DNA of 64,000 bases from positions 3,622-67,621 of IMG/VR virus record IMGVR_UViG_3300033061_001070, one strand, 5' to 3'. Numbering within the stretch: position 1 is the stretch's first letter; each line of letters starts with the position of its first letter. Made by a program: the position numbers and the translations under genes. This stretch comes from a virus. Lineage: Duplodnaviria > Caudoviricetes. Shown here in pieces: positions 38,140 to 47,798 of this stretch. The notes beneath the pieces are model-generated. The model was given only the letters and a program-made list of their open reading frames with translations, was not told the DNA's origin and searched no databases.

Positions 38140-38431
38140 TAGAATATCCTATTTTCATACAGAAGTTTCGCAAGCCTAAAATATTATTTCTCATAAGACC
38201 ATCAGCAAAAACTTCTAATAATTCATTAGAAGTCATATCTGTCAATTCAGTTTCTTCACATTGCTCCATTAATGCAATAGACATCAGATAATTGCGATGC
38301 TCATTCTTCTGTATCATGCTATCAATAACTCCACCTATAAAAAGCAGCCCATCATCCTCCACATCTTTAGGAAGATGTTTCCCAACTAAATCATATAACT
38401 TCAATGCCTTATCCAATGGGAGTTGGTTCAT
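38132..38431 (-). CDS. Hypothetical protein, tail assembly region
   Basis: 99 aa between the chaperone and TMP genes. Confidence 0.55.
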   Translation of the reverse strand: MNQLPLDKALKLYDLVGKHLPKDVEDDGLLFIGGVIDSMIQKNEHRNYLMSIALMEQCEETELTDMTSNELLEVFADGLMRNNILGLRNFCMKIGYSNG

Positions 38432-39050
38432 GTGGCTTCGCTCCCTTCATAGGTCTTATTATTCCCATTGGAATTAATCGTTTCGGTATCATTACTTTCC
38501 TCTCTAATGGAGGTTGAACCTCTTTCCTCATCCACATCGGACGAGATAGAGGATTGAAAGTGGATTTCTTGGTCTTATCATCATAGGAATATGCGCCTTC
38601 ATTTATAGACCACCACCATTCCTTGTCCAATTGTTCGCTCACCATCGTTTCCTCAATCAATGCAATTGCATCATCTATATCCATCTTGGCAATATATTCC
38701 AAATCCCATCCATAGGACTTGGCGATGATATGCGCCCATAAATACCAAGTGCGCCCTTCATATTCCCAAGGTATATCTTCATCTTTATCCTTATCTCGTG
38801 GTTTCAAGAGAGGAAAGTCTATGCTAGGTAAATTCTTTGATACTACTTCTACATACGCCTCTGCAACTTCCGACCAAGGCAATGCTTCTAATTCTTCTTT
38901 AGTCATCCCTAGCGCAACAGACAAGTAGAGATAAATCTGTCTAGCAAACTCATCTCTACTTGTTGTTTTTAGAGGTTTTATATCCTCTAACTTAATCCAA
39001 TCTTTTAGTCCTGCGCGGACTGCTGTAAACTCTTTATCTCCGAGTTTCAC
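38409..39050 (-). CDS. Tail assembly chaperone (G-T-like domains in one frame)
   Basis: Follows the major tail gene; IAKSYGWDLEYIAKMDIDDA resembles the T/GpE-like segment. Confidence 0.55.
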   Translation of the reverse strand: MKLGDKEFTAVRAGLKDWIKLEDIKPLKTTSRDEFARQIYLYLSVALGMTKEELEALPWSEVAEAYVEVVSKNLPSIDFPLLKPRDKDKDEDIPWEYEGRTWYLWAHIIAKSYGWDLEYIAKMDIDDAIALIEETMVSEQLDKEWWWSINEGAYSYDDKTKKSTFNPLSRPMWMRKEVQPPLERKVMIPKRLIPMGIIRPMKGAKPHEPTPIG

Positions 39051-39051
39051 A

Positions 39052-39693
39052 TTATGCTAACACACTTGCATCTTCCCGCAAGAACACGCCAAATTTCTGA
39101 GCAGATGGTTTGGTGGTATCCGCGTATGCTCGGAGTTTTATTCCTGTAGCAGTCCAAGAAGTACCCCAAGGCATATTGAGTGTCCAAGCATCAATGAATT
39201 GGGCTTTGTGTAGATGGATAACCACATAGTCTCCATCAGTCTCATTATAGACCCTAGGAGCATACACCATCCAGTATTGGTCATTATTGATGTCGCCAAA
39301 TCCAAACCCTTCTACATCTGCGGCTTCACTAACCGTCCCACCCCTCAGCATATGGGTCAGAATAGACAGCGGGAACAAAGATTGAACCGTAAAGGTGAGT
39401 TCAAGATAGTTACGTTGCTGAACAGTAGACTTTACGCCTACATTATCGCAACGTACCTCATTGATCGTGATATTATCGGCAAGAGAAACATCTAAGGGAC
39501 AACCTATTTCATGCACAGGATAAGTTGCAGACCCCGACAATTGCCAATAGAAGGCACTAGAACCACTACCAGTAGAGGAACGGTACATCGGGAGGGCAGA
39601 GTAATCTTGGAAATAGATTAATGGTGCGCCCGCAATATACAAATCCTCGGCAGTTTCTATTGTGCCGAAGGGATTTCCAGTAACGAGAGTCAT
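39052..39693 (-). CDS. Major tail (tube) protein
   Basis: 213 aa, beta-rich; canonical position. Confidence 0.7.
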   Translation of the reverse strand: MTLVTGNPFGTIETAEDLYIAGAPLIYFQDYSALPMYRSSTGSGSSAFYWQLSGSATYPVHEIGCPLDVSLADNITINEVRCDNVGVKSTVQQRNYLELTFTVQSLFPLSILTHMLRGGTVSEAADVEGFGFGDINNDQYWMVYAPRVYNETDGDYVVIHLHKAQFIDAWTLNMPWGTSWTATGIKLRAYADTTKPSAQKFGVFLREDASVLA

Positions 39694-39697
39694 GTGA

Positions 39698-40054
39698 TTA
39701 CCTCACTATATCAAAATAAGGTTGAAAACCAGGAGAACCAGGACAACACACTCCTCCTGACCATTTCGTCAACATTATATCCACATCTCGTTTATCTACA
39801 TCTTGGGTACTACCAGAGCCATTGAAAACATATAACTTACCTGAAACTTTCCCCCAATATGTTAGATTTACACCTTTTAGTAAGACGAGTTTAATAGTCT
39901 CCGAAGTTTCCTCCACAATGGGTTCAGTTTCAATCTTGCTTTCCAACTCAATCTCTGCGGAACTAGAGATAATTCCATCGTCAATTTGAAGGGTAGTTTC
40001 CTTCGGTTCATCTATCCACTCGCTATGCCTAACATTAACACTTCGCTTCGCCAT
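39698..40054 (-). CDS. Hypothetical protein
   Basis: 118 aa in the neck/tail run. Confidence 0.5.
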   Translation of the reverse strand: MAKRSVNVRHSEWIDEPKETTLQIDDGIISSSAEIELESKIETEPIVEETSETIKLVLLKGVNLTYWGKVSGKLYVFNGSGSTQDVDKRDVDIMLTKWSGGVCCPGSPGFQPYFDIVR

Positions 40055-40419
40055 GTTGTTTTATCCTGCCGGATAGCCGGAACTAAGTTAGTCGTTCTAA
40101 AGAAGAACGAGATACTATTCGATATTATTGATTTTCCATGTAATGCAGTATTTATTATACCAGCAATTCTATCTGCTTCAAGGGAGGACGCATCCTCGCT
40201 GAATACCATAATAGAGAAAGTAACGTTCTGATGTGAGCAACTTGGGTCATCATTGAGAGGATTATTGCTTATCAAACGTATACGAATATTGGGATATGTA
40301 TAATCTTCACCCTGAAATTGATCTTCGCGCATTTCTATAACCGTTACTTCAGCAGTAATAGTTATAACAGTTTTGATATATGCCAATATCGCGGCTTGAA
40401 TTTCATCATTCCTGCGCAT
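40012..40419 (-). CDS. Tail terminator (DUF3168/gp17-like)
   Basis: YPNIRI..FSIMVFS..EADRIAGIINTALHG..TWRSEV. Confidence 0.7.
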   Translation of the reverse strand: MRRNDEIQAAILAYIKTVITITAEVTVIEMREDQFQGEDYTYPNIRIRLISNNPLNDDPSCSHQNVTFSIMVFSEDASSLEADRIAGIINTALHGKSIISNSISFFFRTTNLVPAIRQDKTTWRSEVLMLGIASG

Positions 40420-40949
40420 TATCCTTTTACCTCAATTATCTCTATTGGCTTCTTACCTTCCATTAACATTGCCTTGAAACCTTGTCCTAATATCTTTTTC
40501 ATTTCTTCTTTATTTTCTTCTATGGTAGGATGCACATAGGGTCTGGGAGCGACCCCAGGGTGCATAACATAAGGTAACATAATTCTTCCTGATGTACGAG
40601 AATAAGTTAATCGTGGAGCAGATGGAATTGGAATGTATGGATTAGAAGGCGAAATATTTTTGGCTTCTTCCCATTCAAACGCGAGGGCTGCCCTTTTTGT
40701 GGGTTCAATTATATACTTCTCTCCCTTCTTTCCATGTATACCAGAGCCATATTCAAATGCCATAGCCGCGCCATGCTTTATTACAATATCAATTGAGCAT
40801 CCTTCATTTGTCTCTTGGGCAGGGTCTATGGTTGTATTTTCCCCAATTGCAGTTGGGGCTTTTACTTCTTCAATCTTTCGCTTCATCTGCTCGACAAAGA
40901 AACCTGCAACTTTGGTTAGAGACGCGAGGATATTGTTACTGGTTGGCAT
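40419..40949 (-). CDS. Tail completion protein (HK97 gp10-like)
   Basis: AMAFEYGSG..HPGVAPRPYVHPT. Confidence 0.7.
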   Translation of the reverse strand: MPTSNNILASLTKVAGFFVEQMKRKIEEVKAPTAIGENTTIDPAQETNEGCSIDIVIKHGAAMAFEYGSGIHGKKGEKYIIEPTKRAALAFEWEEAKNISPSNPYIPIPSAPRLTYSRTSGRIMLPYVMHPGVAPRPYVHPTIEENKEEMKKILGQGFKAMLMEGKKPIEIIEVKG

Positions 40950-41310
40950 GGGATTGTACGCTCCTAGTCACGGTGAGCATAGAATAATTCCTAGGATCAC
41001 GAGGATTGAAATCACTATGCCTCATGCTCACTACTCTAAATCTCTTGCTATAGTAAGGATGATCGGTTGGCGCAATTATTTCTATCTCATCTCGCTCTCG
41101 AATATCTTGGCATCCAGGGGAGACGATTAAGGTAAACATCCTTACGGTCTCTAAACCTTGTTGCAACAATAATTGCTCATCGGGACTAGCCTGCATACGC
41201 GCATGATAGTCTGTGGTAGATGTGCCGGATATTCTCGCTCCACCTACCTGGTCGTCTGTTATTTGGGTCATCCTATGCACCCGAATTAGCATATTGAGAC
41301 CAGATACCAT
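40936..41310 (-). CDS. Head closure/stopper protein
   Basis: 124 aa, DIRERDEIEI pattern; canonical position. Confidence 0.65.
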   Translation of the reverse strand: MVSGLNMLIRVHRMTQITDDQVGGARISGTSTTDYHARMQASPDEQLLLQQGLETVRMFTLIVSPGCQDIRERDEIEIIAPTDHPYYSKRFRVVSMRHSDFNPRDPRNYSMLTVTRSVQSHANQ

Positions 41311-41311
41311 A

Positions 41312-41977
41312 TCAAATTCCTACATACCTAGGCTTACGATATTTCTGCAATAGATTAGAGGCGAAATGCGCTCTTGGAGATGAACCAAAACTGGTTCTAA
41401 ATAATCGCACTCTGCTCTCCCTATATTGCTGGTTTTGGAAATCCTGCACTCCAATATCTCCTGGGGCTTCATTGCCATATCCGATAATCTCATTCAAGAT
41501 AATATCCGCATAAGTTGTCAAGGCAAGCAATATATCTGCCCTAAATGAAGTACCACTATGTAGACCACAATTATAGACAATCTGGACTTGGTAAGGATGC
41601 TCACCTGAATTATGACAACCACAATTTCCTGATAGATAATCTATATCTACTATGCCATAAGTATCATCGCGCAGAGCATAATAAACATTAGATGCTCCGC
41701 TTTGTGACCAATATTCTTCTTTATCGAAATCTAAGAAGGTAACTTTGGATAGATAATTGACATAAGCATAATCAGTTAGGATGGTTGGAGAATAGGAGAA
41801 TGTGCCAGTAACCGTTGTAGGAAGTAGGAGTGTACTCAAATCTTCAGTAACTGCCATCTCCGCAATGAGATATGCGGCGGCTTTCTGTGCAGAACTTCCA
41901 ATCGCTCCATGCCCCCCATATGCCATAAAGAGAACATCGGTCAAAACGATTGGATTATTAAAAGGATAGAGGTTCAT
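41312..41977 (-). CDS. Head-tail adaptor/connector
   Basis: 221 aa; VQIVYNCG..LLALT; position. Confidence 0.55.
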   Translation of the reverse strand: MNLYPFNNPIVLTDVLFMAYGGHGAIGSSAQKAAAYLIAEMAVTEDLSTLLLPTTVTGTFSYSPTILTDYAYVNYLSKVTFLDFDKEEYWSQSGASNVYYALRDDTYGIVDIDYLSGNCGCHNSGEHPYQVQIVYNCGLHSGTSFRADILLALTTYADIILNEIIGYGNEAPGDIGVQDFQNQQYRESRVRLFRTSFGSSPRAHFASNLLQKYRKPRYVGI

Positions 41978-42261
41978 ACAAACTCCGAAGGTCTTACAAT
42001 AAACATGGTTTCCTCAGCGGCGAATACTGTTCCTGAACTCTCAAACCTATAATACCAAATCCCATCATTATCCAAAAAGAGACCATAGGAATATGTCCCT
42101 GTAGTAGTATTTGAGAGAGACCCTTGTGGAATTGTAACTTCCAATCCATTTGGATACTGTATCAATAATGAGACAGAAGATGGATTAGTTAGAACTCCAT
42201 TCAAGGAGAAACTGGTTTGGAGAGTTACCTTGTCGCCTTTATTGTAGTAGTTTATGGTCAT
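41974..42261 (-). CDS. Small Ig-like virion protein
   Basis: TNPSSVSL..TGTYSY..GIWYYRFESSG. Confidence 0.55.
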   Translation of the reverse strand: MTINYYNKGDKVTLQTSFSLNGVLTNPSSVSLLIQYPNGLEVTIPQGSLSNTTTGTYSYGLFLDNDGIWYYRFESSGTVFAAEETMFIVRPSEFV

Positions 42262-42353
42262 GGTTAGTTATCCACGTTTTCCATCACGGCACTAATAGTA
42301 TTGACTGTAATTGGTGTCTTTATATCCTCAATTATACGCGGAGTTGCCTTATC

Positions 42354-42623
42354 TTACTCCTTGATGAGTATTTTTGGTTTGGGTACTATGATTTTATCTT
42401 GTTCTTGTTGCAATGCTTGATTTTCTTGCAAATTTAATTGAAATTTGGCTTTGAAATCCAGATATGCCGCAATCTCAAGCATCTGGAAGGGAGTAACATT
42501 CTCCACTCCTAACTTGAAGAAGGATGAACCTGGAGATATAAATTCAATAAAGATTATACTTCTTTCTACTGGTGTATCATTCATAAACAACTCCACTCCG
42601 ACCAGGCAAGTTTGCCTCCCCAT
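42354..42623 (-). CDS. Hypothetical protein
   Basis: 89-aa ORF. Confidence 0.45.
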   Translation of the reverse strand: MGRQTCLVGVELFMNDTPVERSIIFIEFISPGSSFFKLGVENVTPFQMLEIAAYLDFKAKFQLNLQENQALQQEQDKIIVPKPKILIKE

Positions 42624-43438
42624 CGCTGTAGGAAGATTAGACGATTGAAATCCAACGGGAAACCTTCTTTATATTTCTCCGCCGTTGCGCCTGTGTAATG
42701 TATTCCTCTTGCGCTAGGGTTCACAACGATATTATATCCCATTTCTCTAACTTTTAGACAGTAATCGACATCCTCATATGTGCCTTTGCCATAACCCTCA
42801 TAGAATAATCCAGCCTTATTGAACAAGGAACGGCGAGTTATCATTGCCGCCCCCGTCACGGCATAGACATGCCGCATTGCATTCACTTTAGGATGTTCTG
42901 CATCCCATCCTAAGAATACATGAATAAATTCACCACGAATGTTGGTCATAAGACCAATATGTTGCAACATTCCAGCAGGACGATGAATCTTGTCCTGAGG
43001 CAAACCCTCCGCATCATCAGGGAATACCAGCTTCATTCCTATTGCCCCATTCTGAGGATCATCCATATCCCTAACTAAGGTATTGATGCTCCCAGGGTCA
43101 GCCATGACATCTGAATTTAGAAACATTACTAGAGGTGCATAGCCACGCCTGAAGCCCTGATTGCAACCTTTAGGGAAGCCAAAGTTTTCTTTATTCCTGG
43201 TGATGACTACATTATCCATATGCAATGACCCATAAAAAGCATCTGCCTCCGCTTTATCAGGGGAGGCATTATCTACTAAGATTACATTGTATGGAGTATC
43301 TTTCGCCGCTTCTGGCAAGGCTTGAAGGCATTTAGCCAGGAGGTCAAACCTCCCATGCACCAAGATAACTATATTCAGGAGATACCGCTCAATTTTTTGA
43401 GCAGATGGATTTTTCTTCTTGTTGTTGTGTTTTCCCAT
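42581..43438 (-). CDS. Glycosyltransferase family 2
   Basis: VILVDNAS, NFGFPKGCNQG, FLNSD, AVTGAAM, YEDVDYCL. Confidence 0.9.
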   Translation of the reverse strand: MGKHNNKKKNPSAQKIERYLLNIVILVHGRFDLLAKCLQALPEAAKDTPYNVILVDNASPDKAEADAFYGSLHMDNVVITRNKENFGFPKGCNQGFRRGYAPLVMFLNSDVMADPGSINTLVRDMDDPQNGAIGMKLVFPDDAEGLPQDKIHRPAGMLQHIGLMTNIRGEFIHVFLGWDAEHPKVNAMRHVYAVTGAAMITRRSLFNKAGLFYEGYGKGTYEDVDYCLKVREMGYNIVVNPSARGIHYTGATAEKYKEGFPLDFNRLIFLQRWGGKLAWSEWSCL

Positions 43439-43583
43439 AGGTTCTATTCATTCCTTCTAATTCTATCAATGCAAAATGCCAATCATGAAACCTAATTGGG
43501 AGTTCTTTTCCTGTTGCTACATTATAAATAACCCAATAGGTTTCATCTCCATCACGGCGCATTCTGACCTTGAAATACTTCAC
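43389..43583 (-). CDS. Hypothetical protein
   Basis: 64 aa between GT genes. Confidence 0.4.
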   Translation of the reverse strand: MKYFKVRMRRDGDETYWVIYNVATGKELPIRFHDWHFALIELEGMNRTYGKTQQQEEKSICSKN

Positions 43584-44700
43584 TTTTGCTTTCCTTCAGT
43601 TCGGTTAGAGATTTATCTAGTATTGTAACTGCCTTATCCCAAGTACGATTTTCGACATATTTGCGCGCCTTCTCTATTCGAGAAGTCTGGTCGGAAGCGT
43701 AAATAAGATTTAGCTTATTTACAGCATCCTCATGATTAATAAAATAGCGATTGCCATTGCCAAATGGGTCGGTATAGAGAGGCAAATCATATTTCACTAA
43801 CTCTCCACGACCATCTGCCAGCAATTCAGACATGCCTGTACAATTTGTAGCTACACAAGGGACACCAACTGCCATAGCCTCCAATAAGGTCATCCCCAGC
43901 CCTTCACACTTCGAGGGGAGAAAGAAGGCATCTGCCATTGCATAGACATTCCATAGCCCCTTTTGGTTCATGCCGCGCTCAATAAGCATAAACCTATCAT
44001 TTATGCCCTTAAATTGAGCATAATCTCGCAAATTCCAGCCAACCATGTTGAACTCGCGCGTAACCATGACGTAGCGAACTTTTTTGTCCTTAGCAAAATC
44101 AGCAACGATGTCCATGCCCTTAGCTAAGTTCTTGCGCTCTTGATTATCGGCATTGGTAAAAATGACAAACTCATCTGGCTCAATCCCAAACTCAGTCCTA
44201 ATTTTCTGACGTTCCTCTTCGGCTCTCATCCTCCATAACACCGTGTCAATACCAATGGGAATATACTCAGCATTCATTACTCCCGCTTTGTGAGCTTCCT
44301 CTGTACCAAACTCAGAGATTATTAGTGGCTTATTTATCGCCATTAATATCATTGCCCAGCTTAGACATAGTGGGTCAGCCTCGATGGGCATAATTCCTAG
44401 ATATTTGAATGGCGCATTAGGAAATAGATAGTAGACCATCTTCTGAAGTGGGATGTCTAATGCAACAACCAGAACATCCAAACCCCACATATTGACAAGA
44501 TTTATGACCTGGGCTTGAGCTTCCCGTAAATCTCGTGTAGGAATGATGGAGAACTTATTATGATGCTCCTGTCCCGTATAGCCAAGACCAAGAGCCTTTA
44601 TCTCATATCCCTTTTCAGTCAGAGAATTACAAAGTGGAACGCTAATATTGAGGTAACCTGACCCTTGTGGGTCAAAGTCAGAGAGCCATGCTAGATGCAA
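43552..44700 (-). CDS. Glycosyltransferase family 4 (GT-B)
   Basis: ADAFFLPSKCEGLGMTLLEAMAVGVPCVAT. Confidence 0.9.
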   Translation of the reverse strand: MHLAWLSDFDPQGSGYLNISVPLCNSLTEKGYEIKALGLGYTGQEHHNKFSIIPTRDLREAQAQVINLVNMWGLDVLVVALDIPLQKMVYYLFPNAPFKYLGIMPIEADPLCLSWAMILMAINKPLIISEFGTEEAHKAGVMNAEYIPIGIDTVLWRMRAEEERQKIRTEFGIEPDEFVIFTNADNQERKNLAKGMDIVADFAKDKKVRYVMVTREFNMVGWNLRDYAQFKGINDRFMLIERGMNQKGLWNVYAMADAFFLPSKCEGLGMTLLEAMAVGVPCVATNCTGMSELLADGRGELVKYDLPLYTDPFGNGNRYFINHEDAVNKLNLIYASDQTSRIEKARKYVENRTWDKAVTILDKSLTELKESKSEVFQGQNAP

Positions 44701-44702
44701 CT

Positions 44703-45725
44703 TTATCCTCCAAATACTAATTTATCCCATTGAGAAGCGATGCTCAATGGATTAAATCGCTTAATAGACAACTTTTGTACTTTATCCTGTTCAGCCTTAA
44801 GTATATCAGGATTATTCAATAACCATAAGAGTGTTTCTGGTATTGATTTCTCCGTTAGGATATGACCCATGTTAGTTGTGCGTAATGCTCCTTGTCCTGT
44901 TGTTATAGGCAACGCTCCTGCCACCTGCGCCTCAGCACACGCAATGCAGAATAGTTCATCATAGATGCATGGATACACAAATAATTGCGCCTTCAGTTGT
45001 TCGTCAATTAATCTTGCGCGGGTTACTGCTCCAAGATAGAACACGCCTCCACCAATAAAACTTGCCCAACCAGAGCGATGAGGGCCATCGCCAGGGAAAG
45101 GAACTCCCCACAATCTATAATCACTTGTAATTACTAAGCTAGTTTCTGGAACGGCAGAATGGATGGTTTTCCAAATGCTTCTCATCCCCATTAATCCCCT
45201 ATCAGGAACAGAAGTAAATATCATGCGCCCTGGAATTTTCTCAATATGACTATGATTATAGTCATCTAATCTCACGGATAAATCTATAACTATGGTATTC
45301 TCAATATGGAAAGTGTCTTTGAAATATTGCTGATGGAAAGGCGAGATTACCACAATCTTATCCATAAATTGTGCATATTCTCCATATTTGCCTTTAGTAC
45401 CCTGGTCGCAACTCCACCAGACCTTTAGACCTTTGGCTGGGATAGCATTGACATTTGGAGTGCGAAAGACAATCAGAATATCTCTATCTGTATCAGTCTC
45501 AAATTCACTCTTGCGCCGTTGCTCAAATGGAGATGCATTAGGTTCTTTGGGGTCATTGTAGAGTATAACTTCATGACCTAATTGATGCCAAGTCTCACAC
45601 ATCGTCAGAAGCGCGAGTTCTGCCCCACCTACTCCGATATGCCATTGGTCTCCCCATATAGATTTGCTGGAAACTCCTAGTGGAGAACCATCAGTCGTGA
45701 GAATTTCTATTCGCATTTGCATCAT
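44703..45725 (-). CDS. Glycosyltransferase family 4 (GT-B)
   Basis: GGAELAL, FTSVPDRGL, YPCIYDELFCIACAEAQVAG. Confidence 0.85.
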   Translation of the reverse strand: MMQMRIEILTTDGSPLGVSSKSIWGDQWHIGVGGAELALLTMCETWHQLGHEVILYNDPKEPNASPFEQRRKSEFETDTDRDILIVFRTPNVNAIPAKGLKVWWSCDQGTKGKYGEYAQFMDKIVVISPFHQQYFKDTFHIENTIVIDLSVRLDDYNHSHIEKIPGRMIFTSVPDRGLMGMRSIWKTIHSAVPETSLVITSDYRLWGVPFPGDGPHRSGWASFIGGGVFYLGAVTRARLIDEQLKAQLFVYPCIYDELFCIACAEAQVAGALPITTGQGALRTTNMGHILTEKSIPETLLWLLNNPDILKAEQDKVQKLSIKRFNPLSIASQWDKLVFGG

Positions 45726-46359
45726 CCTCTGCTACGCATTGTTGTAACTTAAAGTGCAATAGTTCCCATTCTTCGGGAAAATCTACATCATCGGTGTAAT
45801 CATAAAACTGCACCAGCAGTTCTGGCTTATCAAAGGCATGATAAAGTGTCCACAATTTTGCAGGCAGATTGTGCATAGCCATCATGCGCCATGTCCAATA
45901 GCAAGCATCTGCAACTTCTTTATGCTTCTCTCGATAGATGCTGATGCCAAATATTTCAGATTGGGATTTGCCTGTGACCTTATTCTCTCCTAAGCGACCA
46001 TAGAAGGAGAATGGACGGTCATCTGCAAATATCTTCTTTATGGCATAATTGCTGAAGATGACATCGCCAAGCAGGATAATTACTCTATCATAATCCCATG
46101 AAAGCTCTTTGTAGGTTAGCCAAATCCCATGCAAAATTTCACCTGGGTTTTTGAACGTTTGGTGCATCACATTTATAGGAAAATCTTCTGGAGCAATAAG
46201 AGTATTGTTCTCACCCCAAAGCTGGTATATGGTTCGACCAATGATGGTGGAATATCCAACACCTAATTTCGTGATGGGGAGCAGTTGTTTATATCCCATA
46301 TCGGCACTTTTCCATCTTGCCCCTTTCCCCTGTGCCATAATATAGATTTTTCTATTCAT
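45691..46359 (-). CDS. Sugar-phosphate nucleotidyltransferase-like protein
   Basis: IYIMAQGKGARW..KQLLPI, LLGDVIF, DDVDFPEEW. Confidence 0.7.
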   Translation of the reverse strand: MNRKIYIMAQGKGARWKSADMGYKQLLPITKLGVGYSTIIGRTIYQLWGENNTLIAPEDFPINVMHQTFKNPGEILHGIWLTYKELSWDYDRVIILLGDVIFSNYAIKKIFADDRPFSFYGRLGENKVTGKSQSEIFGISIYREKHKEVADACYWTWRMMAMHNLPAKLWTLYHAFDKPELLVQFYDYTDDVDFPEEWELLHFKLQQCVAEDDANANRNSHD

Positions 46360-46543
46360 CTAATAATCCTTCTAATATCTCAATTGCTTCAAAATAACTT
46401 TTTCGTCTTATGGAGCATCCTTTAGCGTGAGGAGTATCTGCTATACCTGCATCAAATATATTAGCATCAAAGACAACCTCTTTCAACTGATGTCGTAAGG
46501 CTTCAATTGCTAATTTTATTGCTTTCTTCTTATTCATACCCAT
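46352..46543 (-). CDS. Hypothetical protein
   Basis: 63 aa, coupled stop/start. Confidence 0.5.
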   Translation of the reverse strand: MGMNKKKAIKLAIEALRHQLKEVVFDANIFDAGIADTPHAKGCSIRRKSYFEAIEILEGLLDE

Positions 46544-46893
46544 CGTTCTCCTCCTGTGGCATGTTTACCAAATGTAGCATGAACCATGCAAACCATCATC
46601 TTGCCCTGTGGGGACGCATCCAGCAAGTATCCACTTTGCCCCACAATTATGCCTACGCCTCCACAGGAGCAGGCAAAGGATGGCGCATATTTATAATGCT
46701 TAGGCATCTCATATAGGAAGTGGTCATCGTATGGGGCGGCAGGAATAAAGCCGCCATACTCAGGTACAAAGAATTTGTCCTGTCCATATACCCATGTCCC
46801 ATCAGGAAGTTGGGCCTTAGTGGGTGTCCCATAGTGACGAATGATTTGGAAAGATACTCGGTCTATGTTTAATTGCTTTGGTTTTTCTTTCAT
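46534..46893 (-). CDS. Hypothetical protein
   Basis: 119 aa, coupled stop/start. Confidence 0.55.
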   Translation of the reverse strand: MKEKPKQLNIDRVSFQIIRHYGTPTKAQLPDGTWVYGQDKFFVPEYGGFIPAAPYDDHFLYEMPKHYKYAPSFACSCGGVGIIVGQSGYLLDASPQGKMMVCMVHATFGKHATGGERWV

Positions 46894-47798
46894 ATTAATT
46901 TACACGCCTCCAATATTGTCTGCACCCTAGCATCATAAGTATGAGGTTTCACTTTTTCATATCCAGCAGTTGCTAGGCGGTTTCTTCGTTCTTCATGGTC
47001 AAGAAGGCATAAGACTCGCTCCTCCGCTTCCGCTGGAAGATTAAACCCAAGATAATCCTCCTCATCTACAAAAAAGGTGTCTGCATCAGGAACTTGATTA
47101 GCAACCATTGGCATCCCCATCGCCAGCATTTCCCAAAATCTTGCATTCATATCCAACATACTAGACCAATTTAGTCCAATTTTGCTCTTATTGTGAATAG
47201 CACGATATTCATCAAATATGAGACCTAGACCATAGTAAACCTTCAAGCCATGAGAACTCAAACGGCGCACAAGTTCGTCCCTCTGCGGATAATGAAGCCC
47301 AATCAGGCAGGCATCATATTCCTTTGGCAAATCCTCATGGTAATGGATAGTTGGGTCATAGCCATAGGGAAGATAGATTTCATCCTTCTCCATATAGGGG
47401 GTCTGCATACAGAATACCACATCAGAATATTGCTTTGGCTCTACATATGTAGGCTTCAGGACATGCGGGTCAGTCTCCAGCAGAGCCACAACTTTTCCTT
47501 TTGGTCTGTCCCTGAAATGGAAGCCAGCGTCTATCTGCAAGAATAAGTCTGGCTCAAATGGAAGATGTGGAGCAACTACAGCGAATGGAATACTCGGAGG
47601 GACTGGATTTGCTGGTAGAGAGAAGTTAGGAGCTTCAACATATCGCTGAGGCATCTTCATTCCTCCACCCCAGGGGATAGTATCTCCTGAAAATGGGCCA
47701 CAAGTCCATAATTCGACATCCGTTCTGCGCCTGAAGGCGCGAATGAAATATCGCATCATGGTCATTGGATAGAAGATACCAGAGATGACTACTTTCAT
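46890..47798 (-). CDS. Glycosyltransferase (GT-B, CgeB/YkvP-like)
   Basis: SKIGLNWS..DMNARFWEMLAMG..HTYDARV. Confidence 0.8.
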   Translation of the reverse strand: MKVVISGIFYPMTMMRYFIRAFRRRTDVELWTCGPFSGDTIPWGGGMKMPQRYVEAPNFSLPANPVPPSIPFAVVAPHLPFEPDLFLQIDAGFHFRDRPKGKVVALLETDPHVLKPTYVEPKQYSDVVFCMQTPYMEKDEIYLPYGYDPTIHYHEDLPKEYDACLIGLHYPQRDELVRRLSSHGLKVYYGLGLIFDEYRAIHNKSKIGLNWSSMLDMNARFWEMLAMGMPMVANQVPDADTFFVDEEDYLGFNLPAEAEERVLCLLDHEERRNRLATAGYEKVKPHTYDARVQTILEACKLI

